From assembly GCA_964016885.1 (NCBI GenBank), contig OZ024742.1:10478001-10542000 (forward strand): a stretch of DNA of 64,000 nt. The letters are read 5' to 3'. This stretch comes from Eledone cirrhosa (Eukaryota). Positions 12,561 through 26,399 of this stretch are shown piece by piece; the first letter of the stretch is position 1, and each line of letters opens with the position of its first letter. The translations under genes and the position numbers were made by a program. The notes under the pieces are model-generated. The model was given only the letters and a program-made list of their open reading frames with translations, made no database searches and was not told the origin of the DNA.

Positions 12561-12772
12561 GAGACCCAGTGGCTGAGCTCTTACTATTTCAACAGCAAGG
12601 TTCAGACTAAATTCCAAAAGGTTTTGCAGTTTACTGGCTGTATTAAGGGCTCAGCCATCTGGTCCTGACTCTTTATAATATAACCCTACTCTACTACCCC
12701 AAGTATTGAGTACTCTGTTGAGTGATGGTCTAACCAGTTTCAAACAGGTTCTGTCTGGATTTATACATACGT
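12561..12772. mobile_element. Diverged fold-back element
   Basis: CCAGTGGCTGAGCTCTTA / TAAGGGCTCAGCCATCTGG arms plus the ACTCTACTACCCCAAGTATTGAGTACTCTG tail. Confidence 0.6.
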
Positions 12773-12825
12773 ACGTACATACATATCTCTCTCTCTCTCT
12801 CCCTCTCCCCCCCTCTCTCTCTCTA

Positions 12826-12978
12826 ATCATCATCATCATTGTTTAACATCCATTTTCCATGTTAGCATGAGTTACACAAGTTGTCCTGTTGTGAGACAAG
12901 TCAGATTAGATGACCATGTCTTGCTCATACAAAACTGGTTCTGGCTTGGTTTCTATGGCTGGATGCCATTCCTAACAC
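12826..12978 (-). mobile_element. RTE 3' UTR fragment
   Basis: (CAT)n followed by the reverse complement of the RTE terminal motif. Confidence 0.7.
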
Positions 12979-12990
12979 TATATATATATA

Positions 12991-14328
12991 GGCAAAAGTA
13001 CCACAGACGCTCTTTTCATAGTACGACAACTACAGGAGAAGTACCTAGCTAAAGGTAAACCCCTCTACTTAGCTTTTGTCGACTTGGAGAAAGCCTTCGA
13101 CAGAGTCCCCCGCTCCATTATCTGGTGGGCTCTTAGAAAACTAGGCGTTGACGAATGGCTTGTGAGGGCTATACAAGCCATGTATAAAGAAACAGTCAGC
13201 AAGGTTAGAATTAACAACGAATATAGTGAAGAGTTTAGCGTAAAAGTTGGCGTCCATCAGGGCTCTGTTCTCAGCCCCCTACTATTTATTATTGCCCTTC
13301 AGGCTATAACAGAGGAGTTCAAGACAGGCTGCCCATGGGAACTCCTATACGCAGACGACCTGACACTCATAGCGGAATCAATGGCCGAGCTAGAGAAGAA
13401 ATTCCAAACATGGAAGCACGGCCTAGAGTCAAAAGGACTTAAAATTAACCTGGCTAAGACCAAAGTTCTAGTTTGTAGGAAAGAAAACAAGGCGGCGGTC
13501 CCTTCTGGGAAATGGTCGTGCTCGGTGTGTAGGAAAGGCGTAGGTAGAAACTCCATTTTATGTCCTAAATGCAAAGTATGGGTGCATAAAAGATGTAGTG
13601 AGATCACAGGTAAGCTAACTAAGAACATAGATTTTACATGTGGCCGGTGTTCTGGTGCAATAAGTAGCAGCAAGTGCCCACAAAATACTAGCTCTTTCAA
13701 TTGCGCAGAGGGTTCTATAGAAATAGTGGACAGCTTCCGTTACCTGGGCGATAAAATCAGCAGTGGGGGAGGGTGCTCTAAAAGTAGTGTAGCTAGAGTC
13801 AGAACTGGTTGGAAAAAGTTCAGAGAGCTTATACCACTATTAGCTGCTAAAGGGTTCTCCCTAAAAGTGAAAGGCAGGTTGTACGATGCCTGCATACGAA
13901 CAGCAATGTTGCATGGCAGTGAGACCTGGGCATTGTGTGCAGAGGATATACGCAGACTAGAGAGGAACGAAGCTTGCATGCTCCGCTGCATGTGTAACAG
14001 TAATATACGTGAACGGCAAAGCATAAACGAACTAAGGAAAAAATTAGAGATAAGAGGGATCAGATGTTGTTTACTCGAGAGAAGGCTACGTTGGTATGGA
14101 CACGTGATGCGCATGAAAGTCGATAGCTGTATAACAAAGTGCAGGGCAATAAAGATAGACGGTAGCCACGGAATAGGCAGACCTAGAAAAACCTGGGACG
14201 AGCTGATAAACTCCGACCTCACACATTTACACCTCTCCAAGACAATGTCACTGGACCGAGACCTTTGGCGGTACTCAGTAACAGAGAAGACCCGCCTTAC
14301 CACCGAGACCTTTGGCGGTACTCAGTAA
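12991..14328 (+). pseudogene. RTE reverse transcriptase C-terminal half (no native start codon)
   Basis: Frame open from GKSTTDALF (12991) through FVDLEKAFD, GVHQGSVLSP, YADD, a PHD-like Cys/His cluster, YLG and RRLRWYGHV. Confidence 0.9.
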
Positions 14329-14737
14329 CAGAGAAGACCCGCCTTACCTAAATATATAGTAAAACCTACTCCAGCCAGTAGGCATCTCTAACAAAATACA
14401 CCCCGTCCCACCACCACCACCCCCACCCCATCCACACCACCCCGTTCTATGTAAAGTTATGTTGGTGCCGCGCCATCCAGGCCAAAACAAATGAGATCGT
14501 GTAGGTGTCACGACAAAAAAACACACAGTCCACGCTGTAATGTGGCCGTGTAGGCAACACGGTAAAAACCTCCCAGCCCCACACTGTAAATGTGGTTGGT
14601 GTTAGGAAGGGCATCCAACTGTAGAAAACCTGCCAGACAGTCCTATGCGAGCAAGACAATCACTCTTGCCTCAAGTGGGACTACCCCCGTCCAAACCCAT
14701 GCAAGCGTGGAACACGGACGTTAAACGTTGATGATGA

Positions 14738-14740
<3 letters not shown>
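12991..14740 (+). mobile_element. Young 5'-truncated RTE-clade LINE
   Basis: Uninterrupted RT frame, ~400-bp 3' UTR, (GAT)n tail. Confidence 0.95.
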
Positions 14741-14783
<43 letters not shown>

Positions 14784-14845
14784 TCATATACATGTACACA
14801 TACATATAAATACATGTGTGCATATATAAATACATGTATACTTAA

Positions 14846-14891
<46 letters not shown>

Positions 14892-15580
14892 TTAAGTATA
14901 CATGTATTTATATAAAAATGCTCTCAATAGAATTATAAGCTGGTTGGTATTCAGAAAGGTATCCAGCTATAGAAACCATACTAAATATAGAACAATTATA
15001 TCACTCGGACATGTCTAGTCTAAGACACATCTGGTCTCAGACAGGTCTGCTCTGAAATATGTCTGGTCACAGACCATGTTAACCTGTTCAACCCATGCCA
15101 AAATGGAAAGTTGAGATAAAAACATGATGATGATGATGTATATTTTACATACATGCTTGATTTACATGTTTTAGTTAGTATAGTGTGGCAATGCTGGGGC
15201 ACCACCACTGTAATTTCCTTATATAGAATAGTGAATTATTGTTGTCACATACAGTTTTGTTCTAGACAATGAAACCTTAGTAACCAACTCAATAATCAGA
15301 ATAGAAACCTAATAATCATTGGTACACTTCAGTTCTAAACTGATATATCGGTCTTCACAAAATGTTCTATATTACTACAGTTTCACTAATCAATCAGTAT
15401 ATTTGTAAGAAGGTTGTTATTGATCTGCAAGGAAACCATTGCTCTGATAAACTTTATGAAAGCTAGACTTGATATTGCTGTTTATGTATCAATAGGAAGG
15501 AACTGTTCATTTTCTCTTTCTTTTACATGGAAGTTTGTAGGAAGGGTCATAACGCAAATCATGTTCTTCTAATGTATTCC

Positions 15581-15925
15581 TGTCTCACCTGGTTAAACTG
15601 ACAGTTGTTGTTGTTGTTGTTGTTCCCATGTCTCACCTGGTTAAGTTGACAGTTGTTGTTGTTGTCGTTGTTGTTCCTATGAACAGAAGCATTCCAGCAT
15701 TGTTCATCCGTTTTATCACCAGACAGTTTATAGATGGGATGTATGTTGTGGTCCATATCACATATCTGTTAGTCTGTACCACAGATATGTTAGTTTGTAT
15801 GACAGACGTGTTAGTCTGTACCACAGACGTGTTAGTCTGTACCACAGACATGTTAGTCTGTACCACAGACGTGTTAGTCTGTTCCACAGATGTGTTAGTC
15901 TGTACCACAGATGTGTTAGTCTGTA
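15581..15925. repeat. 48-bp duplication with (GTT)n plus ~7.5 copies of a 21-bp unit TGTTAGTCTGTACCACAGACG
   Basis: Direct reading. Confidence 0.9.
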
Positions 15926-16990
15926 TCTCTGCCTAAGCAATAAAAAAACTTATAATAGTGGCCTGGATCAGCAAATATCTGGTCAATAAGATATTTTAAA
16001 AAATCAATAAATAATAGTATGTTGTGAGGAAAGTATTGTAATATTTCAAACATAACTCAAGACTGACTTATATCTTCCTTATGCTTAAGACATTATCTTT
16101 TTCCTTCTGCTCCCTGCCCTACTCTATTTTCATTCCTATCACACTGTTTTTCACACCATCATTATTATCATACTCTTTCCTATTTCCTCTAAATTAATCC
16201 TGCCATTTGATCCTCACTTCTTCTTCTTCTACACTTGCAGTCATGTTTACATTGAAAACAAAATGCAGACTAGATTTGAGATGTATTTTTAGTTTTGCAG
16301 AGAAGAAAACAAACCTAGAGTATTGGGCGCCATGATAAACTGCACCTAATACACTCTGTAAAGGTGTTGGCGAACAAAGAAAATGTAAGGTAGAGGGACA
16401 ATTTTAGTCTTTCTGGGGACCTATCTCATGCAGGTGCTTCAATAAAATGCACCCCATACTCTCTGTAAAGTAGCTGGCATTAGAAAGAGCATGCAACCAT
16501 GGAAACCATTTTAAAAGTGGAATGTATGAGAAAGATGGGGGTCATCTGAGAGGTCAATGAGTGCAATTGACTTCAACTGCAACAACACATGCAGTACATG
16601 CCAACATGGAAACCAAATGTATGATGATGATAATGGTGGTGATGATGATGATGTTGCTGTTTATGATGATGTTGATGATGAAGATGAACAATGGCAAGAG
16701 ATGATTTGAAGGAACTGTGCCTGCTATTTCTAGCAGCTCAATCAACCATCTAGAGGCTGTCTTAGTTCAAATATATAGTTGCCATGTTCTCTGCTAAAAC
16801 TGGATTGCTATGGTGCAATGCAGACTTCCATATTAATTAAATATTTTCTGCCTCTTTATTTACTGTGTGTATATTAGTAATATGTCACATCCTTGATAAA
16901 TAACTAATTATTGTTGTTAAATTTATTATATCAGGCAACAAGATTAACTTGTTGAGGACATCTTTAGCTGAATTATAAGATATATATATT

Positions 16991-17188
16991 ATAATAATAA
17001 TTGTTTCTACATATGGCACAAGGCCAGCAATTACCCAGGACATTACTGGTACTTTATTTTATCGACCCCATAAGGATGAAAGGCAAAGTTAACCTTGCCG
17101 GGATTTGAACTCGGCCCTTAAAGGGACGTAACTCAATGCTGGAAAGCATGGTCTACAGCTCTCTACTGATACTTCCAATCCACTTCCC
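16991..17188 (-). mobile_element. Near full-length tRNA-derived SINE
   Basis: Head GGGAAGTGGATTGG..., B-box GAGTTCAAATCCC, central domain, (ATT)n tail. Confidence 0.85.
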
Positions 17189-17389
17189 TTTATTATTATC
17201 ATAATAATAATAATAATAATAATAAGTTGACAGGACTAGCATAAGGTTTCCCTGCTAGTACCAGTTGCATCTCAGTGTACTCAATAGGTAAGTTTATGTA
17301 AAAATCCCAGAATAGACACAAAGTTAATTGCCTCCATACAACACACATAAATGTATACCTGTACTCGAGTTTCGGCCACACTTATTGCA

Positions 17390-17426
<37 letters not shown>

Positions 17427-17432
<6 letters not shown>

Positions 17433-17600
17433 GGTCAGGTGAAAAGTTCATAGGCTGACCAAGATACTCTCATAGAATGAGTAAATGAGGTTTAATTTTC
17501 AATATAGTTTCTGGAAAGAAACAAGTCGTGCATGCAAGATTTCACAGCTATTGCATAAATCCTTCATAGTCAGTCTATGAACTTTTTCAGCCCACCCATG
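17427..17600. mobile_element. Tc1/mariner-type MITE
   Basis: TIRs TATGAGGGTCAGGTGAAAAGTTCATAGGCTGAC / GTCAGTCTATGAACTTTTTCAGCCCACCCAT; TA context. Confidence 0.75.
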
Positions 17601-17602
17601 TG

Positions 17603-17653
<51 letters not shown>

Positions 17654-17790
17654 AAAAGGGATATTTAATTTGTTGGTAATTCAACAAATATATATGTTTA
17701 TAACTGATTTGAAGCAGTCGACAGGTTTTCTGGAGTGTAATATCAATGATATTAAATAAATTTATTTAATATCATTGATATATATATATA

Positions 17791-17955
17791 TATGATGGAG
17801 GCTGAAAAGTTCATAGGCTGAATAAGATACTCTCATGGAATCACCAAATGAAGTTTATTTTTCAACATAGTCTATGGAAAGAAACAATGTACATATTAAT
17901 AAGAAGAACTGAAATTAATGCATGCAAGATTTCTCAGCTCTAGCATCACTCTTCA
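17791..17955. mobile_element. Partial copy of the same MITE
   Basis: GGCTGAAAAGTTCATAGGCTGAATAAGATACTCTCATGGAAT matches 17433-17480. Confidence 0.7.
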
Positions 17956-18171
17956 ATATGAAGGAATAACTGATAAAGAGAATGATTTAAACATATTTTA
18001 ACTGTTGCCATCAGCTAATAGAACTTTTTATGAGATTGCTCTGCCTGCCAGAAATAGCAGTCAAATCTTCCTCAAATCACACCCTAATGTTATAAATTGA
18101 ATGTCACCTTACTAATTGTACCTAGGTGGTTTATAAATATATCATAAATGGCTCAATGATGACTGGGGTTA

Positions 18172-18984
18172 AACTACTGTTACTATTGCCACACCACTAC
18201 TACTACTACTACTGTTACTATTGCTACACCACTACTACTACTGTTACTATTGCCACACCACTACTACTACTACTACTGTTACTATTGCCACGCCACCACT
18301 ACTACTACTACTGTTACTATTGCCACACCACTACTACTACTACTACTGTTACTATTGCCACACCACTACTACTACTACTACTGTTACTATTGCTACACCA
18401 CTACTACTACTACTACTGTTACTATTGCCACACCACTACTACTACTACTACTGTTACTATTGCCACGCCACCACTACTACTACTACTGTTACTATTGCCA
18501 CACCACTACCACTACTACTACTGTTACTATTGCCACACCACTACTACTACTACTACTGTTACTATTGCCACACCACTACCACTACTACTACTGTTACTAT
18601 TGCCACACCACTACTACTACTACTACTGTTACTATTGCCACACCACTACTACTACTACTACTGTTACTATTGCTACACCACTACTACTACTACTACTGTT
18701 ACTATTGCCACACCACTACTACTACTACTACTGTTACTATTGCCACACCACTACTACTACTACTACTGTTACTATTGCTACACCACTACCACTACTACTA
18801 CTGTTACTATTGCCACACCACTACTACTACTACTACTGTTACTATTGCTACACCACTACTACTACTACTGTTACTATTGCCACACCACTACTACTACTAC
18901 TACTGTTACTATTGCTACACCACTACTACTACTACTGTTACTATTGCCACACCACTACTACTACTACTACTGTTACTATTGCTA

Positions 18985-19015
<31 letters not shown>

Positions 19016-20390
19016 GTTACTATTGCCACACCACTACTACTACTACTACTGTTACTATTGCCACACCACTACTACTACTACTACTGTTACTATTGCCACA
19101 CCACTACTACTACTACTACTGTTACTATTGCTACACCACCACTACTACTACTACTGTTACTATTGCCACACCACTACTACTACTACTACTGTTACTATTG
19201 CTACACCACTACTACTACTACTACTGTTACTATTGCTACACCACTACTACTACTACTACTGTTACTATTGCCACACCACTACTACTACTACTACTGTTAC
19301 TATTGCTACACCACTACTACTACTACTACTGTTACTATTGCTACACCACCACTACTACTACTACTGTTACTATTGCCACACCACTACTACTACTACTACT
19401 GTTACTATTGCTACACCACTACTACTACTACTACTGTTACTATTGCTACACCACTACTACTACTACTACTGTTACTATTGCTACACCACCACTACTACTA
19501 CTACTGTTACTATTGCCACACCACTACTACTACTACTACTGTTACTATTGCTACACCACCACTACTACTACTACTGTTACTATTGCCACACCACTACTAC
19601 TACTACTACTGTTACTATTGCCACACCACTACTACTACTACTACTGTTACTATTGCTACACCACTACTACTACTACTACTGTTACTATTGCCACACCACT
19701 ACTACTACTACTACTGTTACTATTGCCACACTATTACTACTACTACTACTGTTACTATTGCTACACCACTACTACTACTACTACTGTTACTATTGCCACG
19801 CCACTACTACTACTACTGTTACTATTGCCACACCACTACCACTACTACTACTGTTACTATTGCCACGCCACTACTACTACTACTGTTACTATTGCCACAC
19901 CACTACTACTACTACTACTGTTACTATTGCCACACCACTACTACTACTACTACTGTTACTATTGCCACACTATTACTACTACTACTACTACTGTTACTAT
20001 TGCTACACCACTACCACTACTACTACTGTTACTATTGCCACACCACTACTACTACTACTACTGTTACTATTGCCACACTATTACTACTACTACTACTGTT
20101 ACTATTGCTACACCACTACCACTACTACTACTGTTACTATTGCTACACCACTACCACTACTACTACTGTTACTATTGCCACACCACTACTACTACTACTA
20201 CTGTTACTATTGCCACACCACTACTACTACTACTACTGTTACTATTGCCACACTATTACTACTACTACTACTGTTACTATTGCTACACCACTACTACTAC
20301 TACTACTGTTACTATTGCCACACCACTACTACTACTACTACTGTTACTATTGCCACACTATTACTACTACTACTACTGTTACTATTGCCA

Positions 20391-20421
<31 letters not shown>

Positions 20422-20437
20422 GTTGTTACTATTGCCA

Positions 20438-20490
<53 letters not shown>

Positions 20491-20515
20491 TTACTACTAC
20501 TACTACTACTGCCAC
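18172..20515. repeat. ~35-bp minisatellite CTGTTACTATTGCYACACCA(CTA)5
   Basis: Direct reading; the 776-800 aa ORFs in three frames are repeat read-through. Confidence 0.95.
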
Positions 20516-20649
20516 GAAGTCACAATGATTCTACTTCAATATTTAGGATAAGGGCCTCATTTGTGTGTGGAATACTCAGCCAGTTTACATGATGATTCAA
20601 TGAGTTGTTTAGGTATTCAACTGGATGGAGGCTTATATGTGGTTTTTGA

Positions 20650-20940
20650 TCATCATCAGCACCATAATCCTTGTCACCAACATCATCACTCTCATCATAT
20701 CATCATCACCACCATCACCACCACCACCACCATCATCATAATCATCACCATCACCATCGTCATCACCATTGTCATCAAAATCATCACCATCACCACCATC
20801 ACTACCATCTCCATCATCATCTCCATCACCACCATCACCATAATCGTCACCACCACCATCACCACCACCATCACCACCACCATCACTACCATCTCCATCA
20901 CCACCATCATCACCATAACATCACCACTGCCATCATCATG
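20650..20940. repeat. (CAY)n trinucleotide repeat
   Basis: Direct reading. Confidence 0.9.
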
Positions 20941-21584
20941 AGATTTTTTCCTGCAAAAATTGGCCTGGTGCCTAGTAATTCAAAAGAAATTAATATTTTC
21001 CATTATGTGCGTTCTTCCTTTGAGATATCTATGCTATGTATAGCCAGTACTGCCATTCCCCCTGGGACCATAGCAATACAGGGTGAAAAAGCAACAACAA
21101 AAATATTTCTTTTCACACATTATTCTGAGAAAAGCTGTCAAAACTGGACAAAGCAGGAATTTGAAAATCTGATTTCCAATATGGCGAGCTGTTTAATTTT
21201 ATTGAATCCTTGCTTAATATATATTTATGATATTAGCTTTCTCATATTCTTTCATATTTAATGTATCACTTGATGACAATGGCTATCAATGTAATTATTT
21301 GTGTTGTTATGTGTTATCACTTGAAGAAGATATTTTCACCATTTCTATACATTATCTCATTATAAAACTATTTTACCCCAGCCCCAACCTGTGCCCTCTT
21401 CCCCCTGCAAAAAAAAATAAAATAAATTAAAAAATGGACTCAAACCTTCCCTCAAAACTAAACGTTTAACCAATCCTCCTCCCTTCCAAAACAAAAAGGG
21501 TTTTCCGACTCACTGCTGTTTAAATTGTTCTTTATATTGTTATAATTGTTATTGATAACTGTGAGACTAGATTTTTTTGTTAAA

Positions 21585-22075
21585 ATACACACATACACAC
21601 ATTTTAGCATACATACACACTACATAAACTTAACATATACACACATACACACATTTTAGCATACATACACACTACATAAACTTAACATATACACACATAC
21701 ACACATTTTAGCATACATACACACTACATAAACTTAACATATAAACATATACACACATACACACATTTTAGCATACATACACACTACATAAACTTAACAT
21801 ATACACACATACACACATTTTAGCATACATACACACTACATAAACTTAACATATACACACATACACACATTTTAGCATACATACACACTACATAAACTTA
21901 ACATATACACATACACACATTTTAGCATACATACACACTACATAAACTTAACATATACACACATACACACATTTTAGCATACATACACACATTTAAGCAT
22001 ACATGCACACTACAAAAACTTAACATATACACACACGTACACACATTTTAGCATACATATACACAATATAAACTT
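21585..22075. repeat. ~52-bp minisatellite (CATTTTAGCATACATACACACTACATAAACTTAACATA...)
   Basis: About nine copies by direct reading. Confidence 0.9.
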
Positions 22076-22138
22076 ACTAACTTATACACACTCAACATAA
22101 ATTTTATTAACACTTCCCTGACATTTGTATATTATTTT

Positions 22139-22560
22139 AATCCCGCCGAGGTTAACTTTGCCTTTCATCCTTCCGGGGTCGATAGAATAAAGTACCTGTA
22201 ATGTACTGAGTATTTTGCTGGCCTTGTGCCAAAAGTAGAAACAATTATTTTATGTACTATACATGCACCTTTGACGAGTTGTAGTGCACCTGAGCACTGT
22301 ACACAATAATTTCATTATTATTATTATATACACACACAACACAACTTTTACCTTATATATAAATTTCTATGTACTAAATGACACATGATAGTAATGTTCA
22401 AGGTATTATTACACTATCCAGGGCGGTGGATTGGCAGTATTGGTAGAGGGTCGGACGCCATGCTTTCCAGCATAGTTACGTCCCTTTACGATCTGAGTTC
22501 AAATCCAGTAATGTACTGGGTAATTGCTGGCCTTGTGCCTAAAGTAGAAACAATTATTAC
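22139..22560 (+). mobile_element. SINE cluster: truncated SINE (22139-22248), LINE tail (22245-22326), internally deleted SINE (22421-22560)
   Basis: Matches to 8696-8851, to the reverse complement of 12172-12260 and to the reverse complement of 16991-17188. Confidence 0.75.
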
Positions 22561-22902
22561 ACTATCAATAACATGGGTATATAACTATTGCTTCATTCTG
22601 TTGTACTCTTGTAAAAAATAAAATGGAATTAATTCTGCTTGCTCCCATTTTCCTCACCAAAATGGCTGACTGAATACACACGTTTTTTCTTTTTCTTTTC
22701 ATAATTTTTTTTATTCCTATTTCATCCTCTTCTTATTCTCTATCTTCCTATTTCATCTTTTATTTCTCATTCCATCGTCTGCTGAAGAACTAATGTCCAA
22801 AATGTTAAGACTCTTTTCCTACTATATCAAGTATTAAATTAATATATTTCTTCATTCTACTGTGACGTTTGCTTTGTTATTTCTGTTTACCTATTTAATA
22901 CA

Positions 22903-23790
22903 GTGAGTTATGAGGCCTGTGTCAGGTGGGTGATGCTGCATGGTAGTGAGACATGGGCAGCAACTGCAGAGGATATATATATATATATCATCATCATCAT
23001 TTTACATCCGCTTTTCCCTGCTTGCAGGGGTGGGACTTGTCCTGTTGTGGGCAGTGTCCGGTCGGCTGACCTTGTCTTGCTTATACGGGAACTGATTCTG
23101 GCTTGATTTCTACAGCTGGATGCCCTTCCTAACACCAACCTCGTTTACAGTGTGGGCTGTGTGCTTTTTTTCCGTGGCACCTCCACGACCACTTTGCAGT
23201 GGAATGATATGGACCCCAGTCCTATCATCTCATTTCTACAGCTGAGTATACTGGAGCAATGTGAAATATAGTGTCTTGCTCAAGGAAACAACACATCACC
23301 CGGTGATATATATAAAACGAAAGGCCAGTTATATGATGCCTGTGTTAGATGTGTGATGCTGCATGGTAGTGAGACATGGGCAGCAACTGCAGAGGATATG
23401 TGATGGCTGGAGAGAAATAGAGCAAGCATGCTCTGTTGGATGTGCAATGTCAATGTACGTGAACAACCAAGCACGGATGTGTTGAGAGAGAATCTGTGTT
23501 TAAGAGGGATAAGTTGTGGTGTGCGGGAGAGACGACTGAGATGGTATTGAGATGTGATGCGCATGGAGGATGACCGCTGGGTAAAAAAGTGCCAAGAAAT
23601 GCCAGTAGAAGGAAGACGCAGTAGTGGACGACCACAAAAAACTTGGGTGGAGGAGGTGAGAGCTGACCTCAGATCACTGAATCTCACGGAGATGCCAAAG
23701 GACCATGACAAGTGGAGAGATGCTGTACTGAATAGGACTTGTCCCACCCTTTCAAGCAGGGAAAAGTGGACGTAAAATGATGATGATGAG
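22903..23790. mobile_element. Nested RTE fragments: + fragment 22903-22975, - 3' UTR 22988-23195, SINE piece ~23230-23305, + RTE 3' end 23318-23790
   Basis: MLHGSETW motif twice; RLRWY and GRPQKTW; (GAT)n/(CAT)n tails; AGTGTCTTGCTCAAGG SINE-core motif. Confidence 0.8.
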
Positions 23791-24181
23791 TATCCCTTTA
23801 GACCTGCAAGATTCAAATTCTCTTATGCTGGCTCCAAGGCCAGCTGAAGTGGTTTTGAGGCCTTAAGGACATACAACATTTTGGTGCCTCCCATGTATAA
23901 AGTCTGCAAACAAAGACTTTATGGAATAATACAATTATATTTAATAAAATGGTGTCCCACTTCTTCCGAAGCCCTAAGAATGTGTTTATTTTGCATAAGG
24001 ATCAATCCAGTCCTTGTTGGCACATTAATTAAAATGCACCCAGTACACTCTGGAAAGATTGGCAATTTGAAAGTAGAAACTCTGGGGGTAAGACGATCCT
24101 TTCAGCCCTGCTGAAAACATATTGGAATCTTGGCAAGGTCAACTTTTACATTCATCCTGGGCAGTGGACGGTAGGCAAATA

Positions 24182-24258
24182 GTACTACCACCACTACCAC
24201 TACTACTACTACTACTACCAGCACTACTACTACCACCACCACTACTACTACCACCACC

Positions 24259-24308
<50 letters not shown>

Positions 24309-24378
24309 CACCACCACTACTACTACCACCACCACCACTACTACTACCACCACCACTACTACTACCACTAGCACCACC

Positions 24379-24419
<41 letters not shown>

Positions 24420-24489
24420 CACTACCACCATTACTACCACCACCACCACTACTACTACCACCACCACCACTACTACTACCACCACCACC

Positions 24490-24524
<35 letters not shown>

Positions 24525-24680
24525 CACTACTACTACCACCACCACCACCACCACTACTACCACCACCACCACCACCACTACTACTACCACCACCACCACT
24601 ACCACCACCACTACCACCACCACTACTACTACTACTACTGCTACTACTACTACTACCACTACTACTACTACTACTACTGT
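24182..24680. repeat. (CCA/CTA)n repeat
   Basis: Direct reading. Confidence 0.95.
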
Positions 24681-26083
24681 TGCAGTTTATATCTCAAAAG
24701 CTCTGACATGTTAGAGTATGGTCATTTTATAGTAGATTTGAACTTATAAACTCATGACCTGATTGTCCAAGATGTTATCCCTGCTCAGGTAATTTTAATA
24801 CAACAGTAGAGTAGGTGGTGGTGATAGTGGTGGGGGAGCAGGTAAGGTTAAAACAGTATGGGGGTGGCAGGATAGAGTGGTGTTGGTGGGGGGGGGGAGA
24901 AGTTATGTCTTACAAGAACTCCTGACAATGTTTGACAGTATGTAAACAACTGTAAGCATGAAAAGGTTACTGGAATTTTTAGCTTTTCAAATGCCATAGA
25001 AATTGTAGTCTTTTATAGATGACAGCATCAAAATTTGGAGGAGGGGAAGGAGGGCCAGGGATTATGAACTTGACCTCAAATTTCATAGGTCATAAGGAAT
25101 TTGGCAGAAATAGGAGAGTGTCACCTTAAATGTCTTGTGATAATTTTTATTTACTGTCCCTTTACGTTCTAGTTTTAAAACCACGTGGGGTGGGGGAGGG
25201 CTTATGTTGCCTCCTTTACTTTTGATAGTTAATAGTTATCTGTAATATACTGGGGTTAGTTTAATTGATCTTACTGCTTTAAAGAAGTCCTTCATTAGTA
25301 ACTAAAGTTGATAGTTGTAATGCAGATTAGTATTCTAGATAATAGTAGATAAATCACTTACAGATAACTGATGCTGCACACCAGGTCTGAACACACGAGC
25401 CAAACTCCCACTGTCATCACCTCCATCTCTCACCCTCCCCCATCTCTCTCACCCTCCTCCCCATCTCTCTCGCTCTCCTCCCCATCTCTCTCGCTCTCCT
25501 CCGCATCTCCCCCCCATCCTTCACCCCCCCCCACACCACCACCACCACTCCACCCTCCACCCTCCCCGCATCCCCCCCCCCCCCCCCACCTCCCCCCCCC
25601 CACCCCCGTCACTCTCGCCCTCCCCATCTCTCTTGCCCTCCCCATCTCTTTCTATTATGAGCAAATGGAGTCAGAATGGAGAAGGCATTTCCCCGGAGGA
25701 TGGTAAGGGAGATGCGCTGGAAGAGCCATTCCATCTCATGAGGCTCACACCTGCGGCTAGCTAGCTCAGGCCTCTGGTGGTAAGTAAGGAGGTAGCCCTA
25801 GGGCCAAGGACACCAGAAGTCTCCACTGCTAGGAGCTTGACTGCAAACCTGTAGGAGAGCAACTGATACAGGGAGAATTTATCCTCCACTTATGTAAAAA
25901 TTTAAGGTCCTCAGTCCATGATATAAATTTAAGGTCCTCACTCCATGACATAAATCTATGAAATAAATTCAAGATACTTCACCAATACGAATTTAAAGTC
26001 GTCAACTTTTATTTAGATATAAGGCCCTCAACCTATGTTGGAAATTTAAGGTCCTCAACGTGTGATATAAATTTATTATAATA

Positions 26084-26240
26084 GTTGGTCATGGTAGGAA
26101 CCCCTTTCATCATGTTGGTCATGGTAGGAACCCCTTTCATTATAATGGTCATGGTAGGAACCCCTTTCATCATGTTGCTCATGGTTGGAGCCCCTTTAAC
26201 AATAATGGTCAGGGTTGGAGCCCCTTTCATTATAATGGTC
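26084..26240. repeat. 30-bp minisatellite TGGTCATGGTAGGAACCCCTTTCATYAT
   Basis: About five copies. Confidence 0.85.
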
Positions 26241-26399
26241 ATGGCTGGAGCCCCTTTCAGGATAGTTCTGCACTATCACAGTTCTGCACTATCACAAGAG
26301 AAATAAGTTAGTGTTGTAGGTAACAGTAACTATAGCCACACAATATATCAATAAGGACTGCTGCAGGTCTGACACAGTTGCAGTGTTGTCTATATTTGT

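Noticed and set aside
18126-20592. 776-800 aa ORFs in three frames
   Set aside because: Stop-free 35-bp repeat; no unique coding sequence.
22421-22510. tRNA gene
   Set aside because: A/B-box-like head of a SINE; no cloverleaf.
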